Positions 26,535 to 36,846 of a stretch of 64,000 nt of DNA are shown one piece after another; positions within the stretch are counted from its first letter, which is position 1, and each line of letters starts with the position of its first letter. Source of the DNA: a phage; assembly GCA_018027755.1 (NCBI GenBank), contig GCA_018027755.1_4098.1. One strand, given 5' to 3'. The notes beneath the pieces were generated by a model. The model did not search any database. It was not told where the DNA came from and worked only from the letters and a program-made list of their open reading frames with translations. The translations under genes were made by a program, and so were the position numbers.

Positions 26535-27149
26535 ATGACCAGAATTAAAATGTATGATTTGATGCAGTACAGTAAAATTGCCATTCCAGTGCTTAATAAA
26601 GTGCTGGATGCATTCATTGCCAAATACCCTGAGAATTCAGTGTTATGTATTCCATTTAGTGTTCCAGATAAAGATGATATATTCCAAGTGAATGTCAGTA
26701 CACGTGGTATTACATTGCAGCAGAAATATATGGATACGGAATATTATGGAATAAAGTTGGATTCAGTACAGGGTTCTAAATCAGCCTATGATTTTTTTGT
26801 TCCTAATAACATCGAGTCATGGGAAACAAACATTTCAAAGAAAGATGAAAATGATGTTCCTATTAGTGGTGTGTTCAACAATAAAGTTTTTTATTATTAC
26901 GAAACCGACAAATTCCCTGAAGAGTTATATTACAATTCAGAAATGAATGAAGATGTAGATGCATTCATGTTTCAATTATCTTTAGTACATGATATCATTG
27001 ATGTTCAAGAGTTAAGAGCAGAAATCAATTTAGCTAAAGAGTTATCGGACATGCTGCCACCGTTTAGTATGCTTTTTTGTGAAGGAGGTTATTTTTCAAA
27101 AGAAGTGTTTGAACATTTCGTAGATGTTGTAAAAGGGTTGGATATATAG
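26535..27149 (+). CDS. Fam-B paralog
   Basis: motif DAFMFQLSLVHD; first ATG (track GTG at 26526). Confidence 0.6.
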   Translation: MTRIKMYDLMQYSKIAIPVLNKVLDAFIAKYPENSVLCIPFSVPDKDDIFQVNVSTRGITLQQKYMDTEYYGIKLDSVQGSKSAYDFFVPNNIESWETNISKKDENDVPISGVFNNKVFYYYETDKFPEELYYNSEMNEDVDAFMFQLSLVHDIIDVQELRAEINLAKELSDMLPPFSMLFCEGGYFSKEVFEHFVDVVKGLDI

Positions 27150-27150
27150 T

Positions 27151-27345
27151 ATGCTTATAATTGATATTAAACAAAAATACCGTAAGTTTGATTGGTTCAC
27201 CGATAGTTTCCAGCTTGAATTATTACATATGAATATCAGTGAAACATTATGTGCAGAAACACAAGATGAATTTGATGATAGAGTGATGAACATAGTAATG
27301 CTTTCTTGCTTTAAACATTTTGGTTATTTTTTCGGACAGAATTGA
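27151..27345 (+). CDS. hypothetical protein (64 aa)
   Basis: track ORF; no clear family motif. Confidence 0.45.
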   Translation: MLIIDIKQKYRKFDWFTDSFQLELLHMNISETLCAETQDEFDDRVMNIVMLSCFKHFGYFFGQN

Positions 27346-27353
27346 GGTAAAAA

Positions 27354-27872
27354 ATGCATCAACACAAGCATCATTCATATGATTTTGCAATTAACATTAT
27401 GAAGTTTATTCGAGCGTTGGAGGATGGGAAGCTTAGTCATAAGTACACCAAAGTAGGTGACAATTGGTTCAGAAATGATGATGATGAGTTCAGAAGTCAT
27501 AAGATTGTTTACAGCAATAATTACAGTGCCAATTACCTACAAGATGTAGTGATGTGTTTTGAATACGTGTTGCAGTTCAGGGGTTCAATCCAAGATGAGT
27601 TGATGGAGAACATGTACATCCGATACCTTCCAATGCTCAAAGATGAAAATGTATTATTAAATTCAATATACCAACGAGTTCGTGAAATTGAGTGCAGGGA
27701 TATATTAGATACAGAAGAATCGTATTTCCAGCAATCCCTGATTTATGCACCTGATTTATTACAGGTACATAATTTGTTTAATACATTACGTCAGAACATC
27801 AGTACAGACATATTTTTGTCATTATCGGATTATGATACATTTGTCAAAGATTTAGAGGAAATAGGTTTATGA
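27354..27872 (+). CDS. Fam-B paralog
   Basis: motif EESYFQQSLIYA. Confidence 0.6.
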   Translation: MHQHKHHSYDFAINIMKFIRALEDGKLSHKYTKVGDNWFRNDDDEFRSHKIVYSNNYSANYLQDVVMCFEYVLQFRGSIQDELMENMYIRYLPMLKDENVLLNSIYQRVREIECRDILDTEESYFQQSLIYAPDLLQVHNLFNTLRQNISTDIFLSLSDYDTFVKDLEEIGL

Positions 27873-28213
27873 GTCGATTTTCGGTTTATATAGTAAACGT
27901 CAGTAAAGATGGTAGTTTAATTGAATTTGATGTAGTTGATAACAATGATAATTCATATGGTATTAAGGTACAGGACAATAATGTACAGTTCAGTACAAGG
28001 ACAAATTTTGAGAATCCAGTCCAAGTTCCGAATTTCATAGAAGATGAAGCTGCACGATTCCAATACGAAACGGCCTTTGATAATATGCATATGCATATTA
28101 TTATGCAACAAAGTTTAGTTCAATTGCTTCAGGTATTCAGACAAAATATATATGTACATGAAGTGTCGATTAATGGCATTCAAAGTTCCGTTTTGTTCGG
28201 TACAAATATGTAA
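27869..28213 (+). CDS. Fam-B-like paralog (divergent)
   Basis: degenerate motif EAARFQYETAFD; ATGA overlap. Confidence 0.5.
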   Translation: MSRFSVYIVNVSKDGSLIEFDVVDNNDNSYGIKVQDNNVQFSTRTNFENPVQVPNFIEDEAARFQYETAFDNMHMHIIMQQSLVQLLQVFRQNIYVHEVSINGIQSSVLFGTNM

Positions 28214-28223
28214 GGAAAGTACA

Positions 28224-28775
28224 ATGAGTTCAATGAGTTTATTAGATACATTAGAAAAAGACAGAAGTGCAATTAAGCGTTTAAAAGAGCAAGTACAAAA
28301 GATTGTATACAACGTTGATAAGTTTGAGGTTCCCGGAAGATTTGGTGATATTTCCCATACGGAGATCAAATCCCTTAAGTCAGATTTGTTGATTAAAAAT
28401 AAAAATGGGTTGATTTTAGTTTTGAGTTCAGATATGATGGGGGCAACACATAGTTATAATGCCGTATCGGTGCGTTCCGAGTGTGAAGGTATATATCTAT
28501 CACAGGGTTTCAATAGCGAGACACAGGTTTGTTTTTGTGATGCAGTACATGACCCTATGAAGTTCACGAGAAGTGAAGCCCAAGCGTTATTAGAGCTATC
28601 AGACGAGAGTTTGTTTCAGTACAGTACAATGTATGACAATGATAAGCTTCGTTGTATGTACGCTGTAAAGCATTATACACAGGAGTTTTCTGGATTTGCA
28701 TACCTTTTAGTTAGAACCAATACCAGATATATTGATATGTTAGAAGATTACATCGATAAAGTTGTTAATGTATGA
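28224..28775 (+). CDS. Fam-B paralog
   Basis: motif DESLFQYSTMYD; internal ATG (track 28152). Confidence 0.6.
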   Translation: MSSMSLLDTLEKDRSAIKRLKEQVQKIVYNVDKFEVPGRFGDISHTEIKSLKSDLLIKNKNGLILVLSSDMMGATHSYNAVSVRSECEGIYLSQGFNSETQVCFCDAVHDPMKFTRSEAQALLELSDESLFQYSTMYDNDKLRCMYAVKHYTQEFSGFAYLLVRTNTRYIDMLEDYIDKVVNV

Positions 28776-28965
28776 TGTATTATTATGTGATGGGATAATG
28801 CTGATGAAAGAGTTATTTGAAGATCAGTTCAATACATATGTGGATAATATTCTTTATTCCAGCCGTGCTAGTCAACGAGGAAATCGTGCTTACAATATTG
28901 ATTACCTATTAGTGGTGCTGAGTTCACAGTACACCTACGCTGTACAGAGGACATATTATGAATAA
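28762..28965 (+). CDS. hypothetical protein (67 aa)
   Basis: track ORF; start uncertain. Confidence 0.45.
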   Translation: MLMYDVLLCDGIMLMKELFEDQFNTYVDNILYSSRASQRGNRAYNIDYLLVVLSSQYTYAVQRTYYE

Positions 28966-29161
28966 TTTTAGAGATGTTGCTAAGGAGAAGTTCAAGTGCA
29001 GTTTAGATTTTGGGTTAAATGATTTTCTGACATGCACAATGTACAGGAATGATGATTATGAGCAATCCGTAATTTCGTTGCACAGATATTTCGAAATAAT
29101 TTACGCAAGATATCTTAGAAGGTTAGAGGGAATAGGGGATTGGTATAATGATTACGTTTGA
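28958..29161 (+). CDS. hypothetical protein (67 aa)
   Basis: track ORF. Confidence 0.45.
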   Translation: MNNFRDVAKEKFKCSLDFGLNDFLTCTMYRNDDYEQSVISLHRYFEIIYARYLRRLEGIGDWYNDYV

Positions 29162-29384
29162 AGAACCAGAAACAATGAGTCCATATACGATGAAAGGTTT
29201 TGAATTCATGATGGATTCAATTTTGAAGAGTTCGTGTTTAGTACACAATCCTGAGCGTGCAACAGTGAGGGAATATCAGGACAATGCATTACAGCGTGTA
29301 ATGAATATGTACAGGAATACGAGTCGCAAGCTTTGTGCGTTGAAAAGGATTGAAGAAATCAAGGTTTCTAGGCTGAATAAATAG
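29148..29384 (+). CDS. hypothetical protein (78 aa)
   Basis: track ORF. Confidence 0.45.
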   Translation: MITFEEPETMSPYTMKGFEFMMDSILKSSCLVHNPERATVREYQDNALQRVMNMYRNTSRKLCALKRIEEIKVSRLNK

Positions 29385-29581
29385 AGACGTTTCATTTTGA
29401 CAGGCCGCAGGGGGGGTCAAAAAAATTTCCGCTGAAAAACATGCTAAGGTATATGTTTAATATAAAGTTTTATATTGTGTTTTTCAGAGTACAGTTCATG
29501 TTTCCTGAAACAAAAAATACCCCGCCGCCGAACGTTCTCCTTATATTGGAGTTTACCTTATTAATTATAGTAGAGATTAAG

Positions 29582-29959
29582 ATGGAAATAAAATATAATG
29601 AATTTTGTGCAAGGACATGGATGTACACTGGTGAGTTAGTTACGCACTCTAACTTATACAAGGGTGATTTAAACTACGCTAGGGACAAGATTTTAAAGTA
29701 CTGGAATGCTGACTTTTATTTGATGGATTTTAGTACTGGGTTTAGGGGTAAAGCAACCGAGATGTTGGACTATACAGTACTTGATGATGCTGCACTGTTT
29801 CAGGAGGCATTAGTATTTGATAAGAAGTACATCTGTACATTAGAAGAGATGATTGAATTACAGCGTAGTATTAAATGTATTCACAGGGAATGTATAGATA
29901 TCTGGTGCAGTACTGGTGAAGATAATTTTTGTAATCATTTCAATCTAGGGGAAGTGTGA
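29582..29959 (+). CDS. Fam-B paralog (three-copy sub-cluster)
   Basis: motif DAALFQEALVFDKKY; internal ATG (track 29441). Confidence 0.6.
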   Translation: MEIKYNEFCARTWMYTGELVTHSNLYKGDLNYARDKILKYWNADFYLMDFSTGFRGKATEMLDYTVLDDAALFQEALVFDKKYICTLEEMIELQRSIKCIHRECIDIWCSTGEDNFCNHFNLGEV

Positions 29960-30315
29960 TGGAATTTGATTTTTTAATATCAGTACATACTTTCAAGCAC
30001 AGTTATCAGTACTTTTGTAATTTAAACAAAGGTGATTTAATGCACAGTGCAAATGAGTATATTCATTACACTCAGGGTAAATTTACATTCATTGATTACA
30101 GTTCATTACAGTATCCACACCAAGATATGCCGGACTATACATTAATGGATACCGCAGAACTATTCCAAGAATCATTAGTATTTGATAAGAAGTACTTGTG
30201 TACATTTGAAGAAGTTATTGCAATACAAAATGAAATGAAAGAGTATGCTGCTTTGCATAAACCCAATGCAAGTATTAATCAAGAATACAAATTCAATTTA
30301 GGAATTCAAGAATGA
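29959..30315 (+). CDS. Fam-B paralog (three-copy sub-cluster)
   Basis: motif TAELFQESLVFDKKY; ATG overlaps upstream stop. Confidence 0.6.
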   Translation: MEFDFLISVHTFKHSYQYFCNLNKGDLMHSANEYIHYTQGKFTFIDYSSLQYPHQDMPDYTLMDTAELFQESLVFDKKYLCTFEEVIAIQNEMKEYAALHKPNASINQEYKFNLGIQE

Positions 30316-30671
30316 CATATGATTATTCTATGTACTATTATAAGTTACCTAAAGGATGGGACTTGTGCTGTAATCTTATTAAGGGCGACTCGGAACATGA
30401 GTTGAGTTTATATATGCATTACAAAGATTCTTGTTTTAAATTTATTCATGTATCACATGACGACTATGACTATGAATCTGAGAGTCTTATAGATTATACA
30501 GTACTGGACGATGGTGAACTATTTCAGGCTGCATTAGTGTTTGATAAGAATAAGTACTCCTGTACATTTGAAGAAATGGTTTCTTTGCAAAATGAAATGA
30601 AGAGATTTGAAAAAGAAAACGTATTTAATCCATCCCCATCAAGAACGAATAATTATTATTTCAATATATGA
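30312..30671 (+). CDS. Fam-B paralog (three-copy sub-cluster)
   Basis: motif DGELFQAALVFDKNKY; ATGA overlap. Confidence 0.6.
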   Translation: MTYDYSMYYYKLPKGWDLCCNLIKGDSEHELSLYMHYKDSCFKFIHVSHDDYDYESESLIDYTVLDDGELFQAALVFDKNKYSCTFEEMVSLQNEMKRFEKENVFNPSPSRTNNYYFNI

Positions 30672-30680
30672 GATTATAAA

Positions 30681-31175
30681 ATGACATTACAGAGTTCATT
30701 GGAAAAAGCAAAGAAGATTCATGAGTACATGAATATGGCAAAAGAAGGTTCAGTTTACGGTGTTTTCAAAGACACAAGTACTCAATATTATGTGCCAGAT
30801 AACCTCCTTTATAATGACTGCTCAGATACAGAAACGTGCGTACTGGATACAGAAACGTGCATACTAGATACCGACCCTAATGATTATGAATGTTTCATTG
30901 ATATGCATAATGAGTACATGGTCTATATTAATGATGCAGATATTACCATATACAGTACTGACTGCGATTCCGATGACATTATAATTCCGAGTGAAGTACT
31001 AGAAGGTCAGTGGGATAGTGAAGAGTATTACTTCCAACAAAGTACTGTATACGATGATGAAGTACTTGAAGTATTAGTTATTATGTGGTACTTTAAAAGT
31101 ATTGGTTCTGGGAACTTCTATTTCGATTACAGATACGTAACGAAAACTGTAGATAACGGTATTAACAGGGGTTGA
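30681..31175 (+). CDS. Fam-B paralog (MSLQS sub-cluster, copy 1)
   Basis: motif EEYYFQQSTVYD; N-terminus MTLQSSLEKAKKIHEY. Confidence 0.65.
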   Translation: MTLQSSLEKAKKIHEYMNMAKEGSVYGVFKDTSTQYYVPDNLLYNDCSDTETCVLDTETCILDTDPNDYECFIDMHNEYMVYINDADITIYSTDCDSDDIIIPSEVLEGQWDSEEYYFQQSTVYDDEVLEVLVIMWYFKSIGSGNFYFDYRYVTKTVDNGINRG

Positions 31176-31176
31176 A

Positions 31177-31647
31177 ATGAGTTTAGAAAGAGCATTAGAG
31201 ATTGCGAAGTTAATTGATTTATGCAGCAAAGAAATTGTAGCAAATTGTCTTAATGGATATCTATTCAAGGAAGGTAAATCATATTGTCGAATGAGATACG
31301 ATGACAGTAGTGAGTACATTCACATGTATGAAGAAAACTTAGATTCTTCTGAAACAACACTCAATGGGTGTGATGTTAATTTGGAAGATAATTACATGTA
31401 CTTCTGTCGTGATGCTGATATTTTAATACAAGATTCTGACATTATATCTGGTGCAGCAGAGAAACATCTTCCGTATTCAGTACTGGATAATGACTGGGGA
31501 AGTGAAGAGTACTACTTCCAGCAGAATACTATCTACGAGGAAGATGTACTTGACAAGCTTGTCATTCTGTGGTACTTTAATAATACAGATTGTCCTAGCT
31601 TCTATTTGGACTTGGATCTACTACGAGTTATTAAAGAGGATATATGA
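31177..31647 (+). CDS. Fam-B paralog (MSLQS sub-cluster, copy 2)
   Basis: motif EEYYFQQNTIYE. Confidence 0.65.
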   Translation: MSLERALEIAKLIDLCSKEIVANCLNGYLFKEGKSYCRMRYDDSSEYIHMYEENLDSSETTLNGCDVNLEDNYMYFCRDADILIQDSDIISGAAEKHLPYSVLDNDWGSEEYYFQQNTIYEEDVLDKLVILWYFNNTDCPSFYLDLDLLRVIKEDI

Positions 31648-32087
31648 GTTTAGCAAGTGCACTTGAACTAGCACACAGAATACATCACTTCCACGATAAC
31701 ATAAAAAGTGGGTTCTATGGTGATAAAGTAAGTGCATTTGGTGATGAGTATTATCTATCAGGTATAAAGACATACTCTGATGATATTTTACTTATGGGAC
31801 AGGATAAAGACAATACTATACAGTACTCTTCATGTAGTCAATATACTAATTTTTTTGTATATATTCCAGGTACTAAGATTACTTTTGACACAACAAATAC
31901 ACCTGTTGACTTCGGGGTACTTGATGGCCCGTGGGGTACTGAAGAGTATTACTTCCAACAGAGTCTCATTTTTAACCAAGAAATTCTTGATTCCTTGGTT
32001 GTGTTGTGGTACTTTAAGGAATTGAATTTTGAACCATTCTTTCTTGACTGGGGAGCATGTGAATATTTAAGTACAGGGGATTTGTAA
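31644..32087 (+). CDS. Fam-B paralog (MSLQS sub-cluster, copy 3)
   Basis: motif EEYYFQQSLIFN; ATGA overlap. Confidence 0.65.
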   Translation: MSLASALELAHRIHHFHDNIKSGFYGDKVSAFGDEYYLSGIKTYSDDILLMGQDKDNTIQYSSCSQYTNFFVYIPGTKITFDTTNTPVDFGVLDGPWGTEEYYFQQSLIFNQEILDSLVVLWYFKELNFEPFFLDWGACEYLSTGDL

Positions 32088-32575
32088 TGTCATTACAAAG
32101 TGCATTGAAAGAAGCAAAGAAGATTCATGAGTACATGATTATGGTACAGGAAGGTTCAGTACCAGGTGTATATAAAACATCTGATACTGAATTTTTTGTA
32201 AAAGACCGTGACGATTATGACGAGTCCGAGATATGTGCAGAAACATTAGTACTGCACACTGATACTGGTGACAGTGATAACTGTGAATATCATATGTACA
32301 ATCAGTACATTAGTTATTGTCGTAATGAAGATATTACCATCTACAACACAGATAGTGATGCTGATGACACTATCATTCCTTATTCAGTACTGGAAGGTCA
32401 GTGGGATAGTGAAGAATATTACTTCCAGAATAGTACTATCTACAATGAAGAAGAACTGGATGTTATTGTGATTATGTGGTATTTCAAAAGTATTGACTCC
32501 AGTAGTTTCTATTTTGATTATGAATATGTAGAGAATACAGTAGGAGAAGGTAATGTCATTACAAAGTGCTCTTGA
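32087..32575 (+). CDS. Fam-B paralog (MSLQS sub-cluster, copy 4)
   Basis: motif EEYYFQNSTIYN; N-terminus close to copy 1. Confidence 0.65.
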   Translation: MSLQSALKEAKKIHEYMIMVQEGSVPGVYKTSDTEFFVKDRDDYDESEICAETLVLHTDTGDSDNCEYHMYNQYISYCRNEDITIYNTDSDADDTIIPYSVLEGQWDSEEYYFQNSTIYNEEELDVIVIMWYFKSIDSSSFYFDYEYVENTVGEGNVITKCS

Positions 32576-33005
32576 AAAAGCAAAAGAACTACATGGATAC
32601 TTTGAAGATATAAAGGCCGGAAAGTTCAAAGAAGTGTACAAAGCCGAGAACGGTAACTACTACAAAGATGAAATGTATAATAACTCCGTTGGTGTAAGGG
32701 TTATTCTTGGGTTGAATTCCAATAGCCCAGTGTCGTATTCGGAATACAATAGAGATGCAGAATTCATTAGTTATGTTGAAAATGGTAGCATTCGTTTTAT
32801 TAATAGACAAAAACCATTAATTTTGAATTATGAAGTGCTGGATGGTCCGTGGGATAGTAAAGAGTATTACTTCCAAAACAGTACTGTATACGATGATGAA
32901 GTACTTGAAGCATTAGTTATTATGTGGTACTTCAAGAGTGTTAGCTGCCCTCGATTTTATTTGGATTTCGAAGAACTTCGTAAAGATCCAGAAGGTATAG
33001 AATGA
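32553..33005 (+). CDS. Fam-B paralog (MSLQS sub-cluster, copy 5)
   Basis: motif KEYYFQNSTVYD. Confidence 0.65.
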   Translation: MSLQSALEKAKELHGYFEDIKAGKFKEVYKAENGNYYKDEMYNNSVGVRVILGLNSNSPVSYSEYNRDAEFISYVENGSIRFINRQKPLILNYEVLDGPWDSKEYYFQNSTVYDDEVLEALVIMWYFKSVSCPRFYLDFEELRKDPEGIE

Positions 33006-33316
33006 AAAACTTATTCAGTGTTCAGTACGTTCCTGGTGAAATTGGTTTATTGTATCTATTTGACCATGATAATTCATTATTACTAGTAGTGAAGAAATGC
33101 CAAGCTAGTTCGTTTGTTGAATACATTCACGATAGTGAATACATTCCTGATTTCCTAGAGTGTGATTATCACGATGAACATGAATCATTTATTTTTCAGG
33201 AATCACTCGTTTGGGATAAGTCTATTAACTTCTTTACGTTAATTGAATTACAAAAGCAGGTGAAGTATCATTGGGATTACTTAATTACACAGGATTACAT
33301 TGAGATAGAAATATAA
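33002..33316 (+). CDS. Fam-B paralog
   Basis: motif ESFIFQESLVWD; ATGA overlap. Confidence 0.6.
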   Translation: MKNLFSVQYVPGEIGLLYLFDHDNSLLLVVKKCQASSFVEYIHDSEYIPDFLECDYHDEHESFIFQESLVWDKSINFFTLIELQKQVKYHWDYLITQDYIEIEI

Positions 33317-33624
33317 TGACTAAAAATGAATTTGATTCACTTTGTACGGTTTATAATTCATTGACAGAAATACCTGACTTTATTAATTACATTTCAGCTT
33401 TAAATCAAATTATGCATAGTTTTGAACAATCGTTTGAAGAGAAATATGCAGGTAGAAAAGTTCTATGTCATATGTCAATGTACTTGGGAGATGGTGAGCC
33501 TTACACTACCAGTACTACATGTGAAATAAAAAAATATAATATATTATTGGGCACAATAGAATTCACAGTATCCAATGGTGGTAGTTATATGTACTTTAGA
33601 GATGGAGTGGTTGAATTATTATGA
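33316..33624 (+). CDS. hypothetical protein (102 aa)
   Basis: track ORF; no clear family motif. Confidence 0.5.
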   Translation: MTKNEFDSLCTVYNSLTEIPDFINYISALNQIMHSFEQSFEEKYAGRKVLCHMSMYLGDGEPYTTSTTCEIKKYNILLGTIEFTVSNGGSYMYFRDGVVELL

Positions 33625-34070
33625 GTTACGAAAGTGCAATCAAGAAAGCAAATGATATTCTAAAAGTTGTTCAGTTCTTCAAAGAAAATCCTGAATACTT
33701 AGCTGATGAAAACCATGATCACGATGAGAGATTGAGACGAAAAATTGTCGCTTTATTTGACACTAATGCGGATAATTATAGTCTAATTGAGTTAGCATAC
33801 GATTATATTTCATTGAACCGAAACGGACATTTAGTTAATATAGAAAGACATGCGACTGAAGAATCTTTTAAAATTTCAGACATTTTATCCCTGAGTACTG
33901 AAGAAGGGTACTTCCAGGGTAGTACTGTTTATGAACAAGGAACGCTTGACAATCTATGCACATTCAGTGTAATATATCAGAAATCAGTACTGGATGTATT
34001 TTATCTTGACACTGCTGAACTGGATACACTAACCAATTTTGTTACTACTGAAGAGGCCACATTCGAGTGA
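33621..34070 (+). CDS. Fam-B paralog
   Basis: motif EEGYFQGSTVYE; ATGA overlap. Confidence 0.6.
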   Translation: MSYESAIKKANDILKVVQFFKENPEYLADENHDHDERLRRKIVALFDTNADNYSLIELAYDYISLNRNGHLVNIERHATEESFKISDILSLSTEEGYFQGSTVYEQGTLDNLCTFSVIYQKSVLDVFYLDTAELDTLTNFVTTEEATFE

Positions 34071-34603
34071 TGAAAGTTAACATCAATGACTTTGATGCAT
34101 TACAAGATTTATCAAAAAAGATTCGTATCATCGTACCAGTACTAAAAAAATGCAGTACTGGTTTAATTGATCCTAGTACTGTTGTTAATGAGAAGTACAA
34201 TTTTCATCGTGTATTACAGGGTACAGGTGCATTTCAGAAGTGTGATGTACGTGAGACACACGTAATTGATACATCATTGTTTTCTATTGGTGCACCTGTG
34301 TCGAATAATTCTATTTTCCTGGATAACGCAGGAAATATTCAACAATTAACATTTAAGAAAAGGAAAAAGAACAATAACATTGGTGTGTACGCGATGAAGT
34401 GGGGGCAACCTGATTTGAAGCGTGAAATTCACATCCCTAAGTACAATTACAATGCATTCGACGAACAGTGTTTTCAACTATCGTGTACTGACCCTGACTA
34501 TGCAATCATTCAGTTCTATATGGAATTGCAGATAGCATTTAACAGTAATTTGTATATTAACTTATTGGCAATGAACATCGATGAAGTATTCAAAAACATT
34601 TAA
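34070..34603 (+). CDS. Fam-B paralog
   Basis: motif DEQCFQLSCTDP; first ATG (track GTG at 34067). Confidence 0.55.
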   Translation: MKVNINDFDALQDLSKKIRIIVPVLKKCSTGLIDPSTVVNEKYNFHRVLQGTGAFQKCDVRETHVIDTSLFSIGAPVSNNSIFLDNAGNIQQLTFKKRKKNNNIGVYAMKWGQPDLKREIHIPKYNYNAFDEQCFQLSCTDPDYAIIQFYMELQIAFNSNLYINLLAMNIDEVFKNI

Positions 34604-34799
34604 TCGAATTGAATACATGAGAACTGTGAGTGCAGTGTGGGACATATGGTTCACTACTAAACCAAAAATGGATTACCATGACTTTAAGCTCTTGTTCTTC
34701 GTTGGCTCTAACAAACAGGATGTTGCAATGAAGGGTTATATTCAGCACTTACAGGAACTAATACAGAAGAGGGTTAATGAAAATAATAGACCAAGATGA
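34581..34799 (+). CDS. Fam-A-like gene inside Fam-B array
   Basis: FVGSNKQDVAM in motif position; start uncertain. Confidence 0.5.
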   Translation: MKYSKTFNRIEYMRTVSAVWDIWFTTKPKMDYHDFKLLFFVGSNKQDVAMKGYIQHLQELIQKRVNENNRPR

Positions 34800-34968
34800 T
34801 ATTGCTAAACTATTCAATATATATTCTACTAGAATGATGCAAACAGACTCATATAGTACTGAATTCAAAGAGTTGAAAGTACTGATGTACTTGGGAACCC
34901 AATATCAGGAACAAGTTATTTTGGAATATATTAATTCGTTGAAGAAGGATATCCGTTATGTACGATGA
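34777..34968 (+). CDS. Fam-A-like gene inside Fam-B array
   Basis: LGTQYQEQVI motif. Confidence 0.55.
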   Translation: MKIIDQDDIAKLFNIYSTRMMQTDSYSTEFKELKVLMYLGTQYQEQVILEYINSLKKDIRYVR

Positions 34969-35518
34969 TTTAGATCTTGCGTTTGAACGTATGGTAATTT
35001 TAATGCAATGTGCAGAAATGCATGAAACAATCCGTCGCACCAAAGGGATTGAATATACAAGTAAACTATTCTCATACGAAAGTCGTCGAGGGATGGATCA
35101 TTTTTACTGCACTGATTGTTCAAAGTTTTCAGTACTGAAATATTATCATCCTACTGTTTCCAATAATAGTTTAATATCCACATATGACGGTGATCTGTTT
35201 AGTGTAATGTATGACACATTACATCCATCAATTTCAATCTATAAAGATTGCGATAGTAGTTTATCGTATATAATTGAAGATTACTTATCTCCTAATACTG
35301 AAGAGAATATTTTTCAGAACAGTGTGTTGCATGATGAATTAAGTATAAAATGCATCTATATGTTCAATAAGTTAAAACAGTACGCCGATAATAATTACTT
35401 AATTGATAAGTTAGCAGTATTGTCTGTTTCCGTTTTTATTACAAATGACATTGATATGAAATACTATAATGAGATTTGTAAAGTACATCATATGTATAAG
35501 GAACTATTATGTCAATAA
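34958..35518 (+). CDS. Fam-B paralog
   Basis: motif EENIFQNSVLHD. Confidence 0.6.
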   Translation: MYDDLDLAFERMVILMQCAEMHETIRRTKGIEYTSKLFSYESRRGMDHFYCTDCSKFSVLKYYHPTVSNNSLISTYDGDLFSVMYDTLHPSISIYKDCDSSLSYIIEDYLSPNTEENIFQNSVLHDELSIKCIYMFNKLKQYADNNYLIDKLAVLSVSVFITNDIDMKYYNEICKVHHMYKELLCQ

Positions 35519-36111
35519 ATGCAAATAAATGTTGTAGTGCAGATGTGCATTTGTTTTTTAAGAAATTAGCAAATGATATTATATATATGCAGGAAATGAT
35601 TTATCACAAACGAGCGGATTTAGAAAAAGCATTAGTACAGTTCTCATTTATGCTTGATGGTGATATATTTCTAGAGAGTGATGCATTGCGAATAGTATTA
35701 GACAAAAATGCTAAAAGATTTTTATTTCATATAGATAATAAATTATGTTCCTCCGTATGTCGTACTTTTTATAATCGTGATTCGGACTTATATCAATTCC
35801 TTTATTCCAAAGGTGCAGTAGAAGCATCATATGGTGATGGTTATGCCCTAGGAAAGAGTATTCCATTTATGAAATCATTTAAAATAGAACACATCAGTAC
35901 TGATGAAGATGCAATGTTCACAAATGATATAACTATGGGACGTGAAGATGCAATGCGATATATTACAAATTCTATGCATACATTCTTTCAACGAACAGAA
36001 TTTGATAATGTATATATATCAAATGTAAATATTTTCAATGACCTGTGTCAGTACTTGAGAAGTGTTTGTGACTTCGATGAAAGTTATTGTAAGCTATACA
36101 CTGAGGTATAA
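35509..36111 (+). CDS. hypothetical protein (200 aa), possible divergent Fam-B
   Basis: weak motif HTFFQRTEFD. Confidence 0.5.
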   Translation: MSINANKCCSADVHLFFKKLANDIIYMQEMIYHKRADLEKALVQFSFMLDGDIFLESDALRIVLDKNAKRFLFHIDNKLCSSVCRTFYNRDSDLYQFLYSKGAVEASYGDGYALGKSIPFMKSFKIEHISTDEDAMFTNDITMGREDAMRYITNSMHTFFQRTEFDNVYISNVNIFNDLCQYLRSVCDFDESYCKLYTEV

Positions 36112-36116
36112 AACAA

Positions 36117-36479
36117 ATGAACACATTAAGTATTACATACTATACAACTAAAAAATTAGTTACTTGTTTAATATCTTTGAAGACAAACCATGATGATATG
36201 TTTGATATGGCTGCATATGAATTAGAATTATCAGAAGATGGCTTCAAGAGCTATGAAGTATATAGCTATGTCCGTGAAGATGTAATTGACACTACACTAA
36301 TGCAAGAGGATGAGTTATTCCAAGAAAGTTTAGTATGGGATAATAAGTACGATTGTAACTTTGATTTCTTATGTTTAATCCAGAAAGAAATGAAAAGAAT
36401 CTTTGATAATTATCCAATCAAACGTTTCAGTACTGCACCTGAGCAATATAAAAGGATTATATTCACCTATGAAGATTGA
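36117..36479 (+). CDS. Fam-B paralog
   Basis: motif EDELFQESLVWD. Confidence 0.6.
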   Translation: MNTLSITYYTTKKLVTCLISLKTNHDDMFDMAAYELELSEDGFKSYEVYSYVREDVIDTTLMQEDELFQESLVWDNKYDCNFDFLCLIQKEMKRIFDNYPIKRFSTAPEQYKRIIFTYED

Positions 36480-36846
36480 ATTTGAAGTTATTACATATAG
36501 TATAGGTGATGGTATCCGTTGCTATGTACAAGCAAGGCATATGGTTCCTGATGATAAACTGTCACCCAAAAGCTTCTGTATCACACAAGATCTCTTAGAT
36601 ATCAACGGAGAGTACAAGTACATATATTATCTTACTAAGGGTTATTGTAGTACACGTGGTTTTAATATTGTAGCTGTTTCTAGAGATGAAATTGACGATT
36701 TAACTGAGTACGGGGAAGAAGAGATGTTCCAGTACAGTACTGTTTTTAATGAACTGGATGTGTTTCTGTTACGAAAAATACAACACATTATGCAAGAATG
36801 TTTGCATCATAAGAGAGGTATTGTATGCGACGTGAATCTGAATTAG
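36469..36846 (+). CDS. Fam-B paralog
   Basis: motif EEEMFQYSTVFN; internal ATG (track 36403). Confidence 0.6.
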   Translation: MKIEFEVITYSIGDGIRCYVQARHMVPDDKLSPKSFCITQDLLDINGEYKYIYYLTKGYCSTRGFNIVAVSRDEIDDLTEYGEEEMFQYSTVFNELDVFLLRKIQHIMQECLHHKRGIVCDVNLN

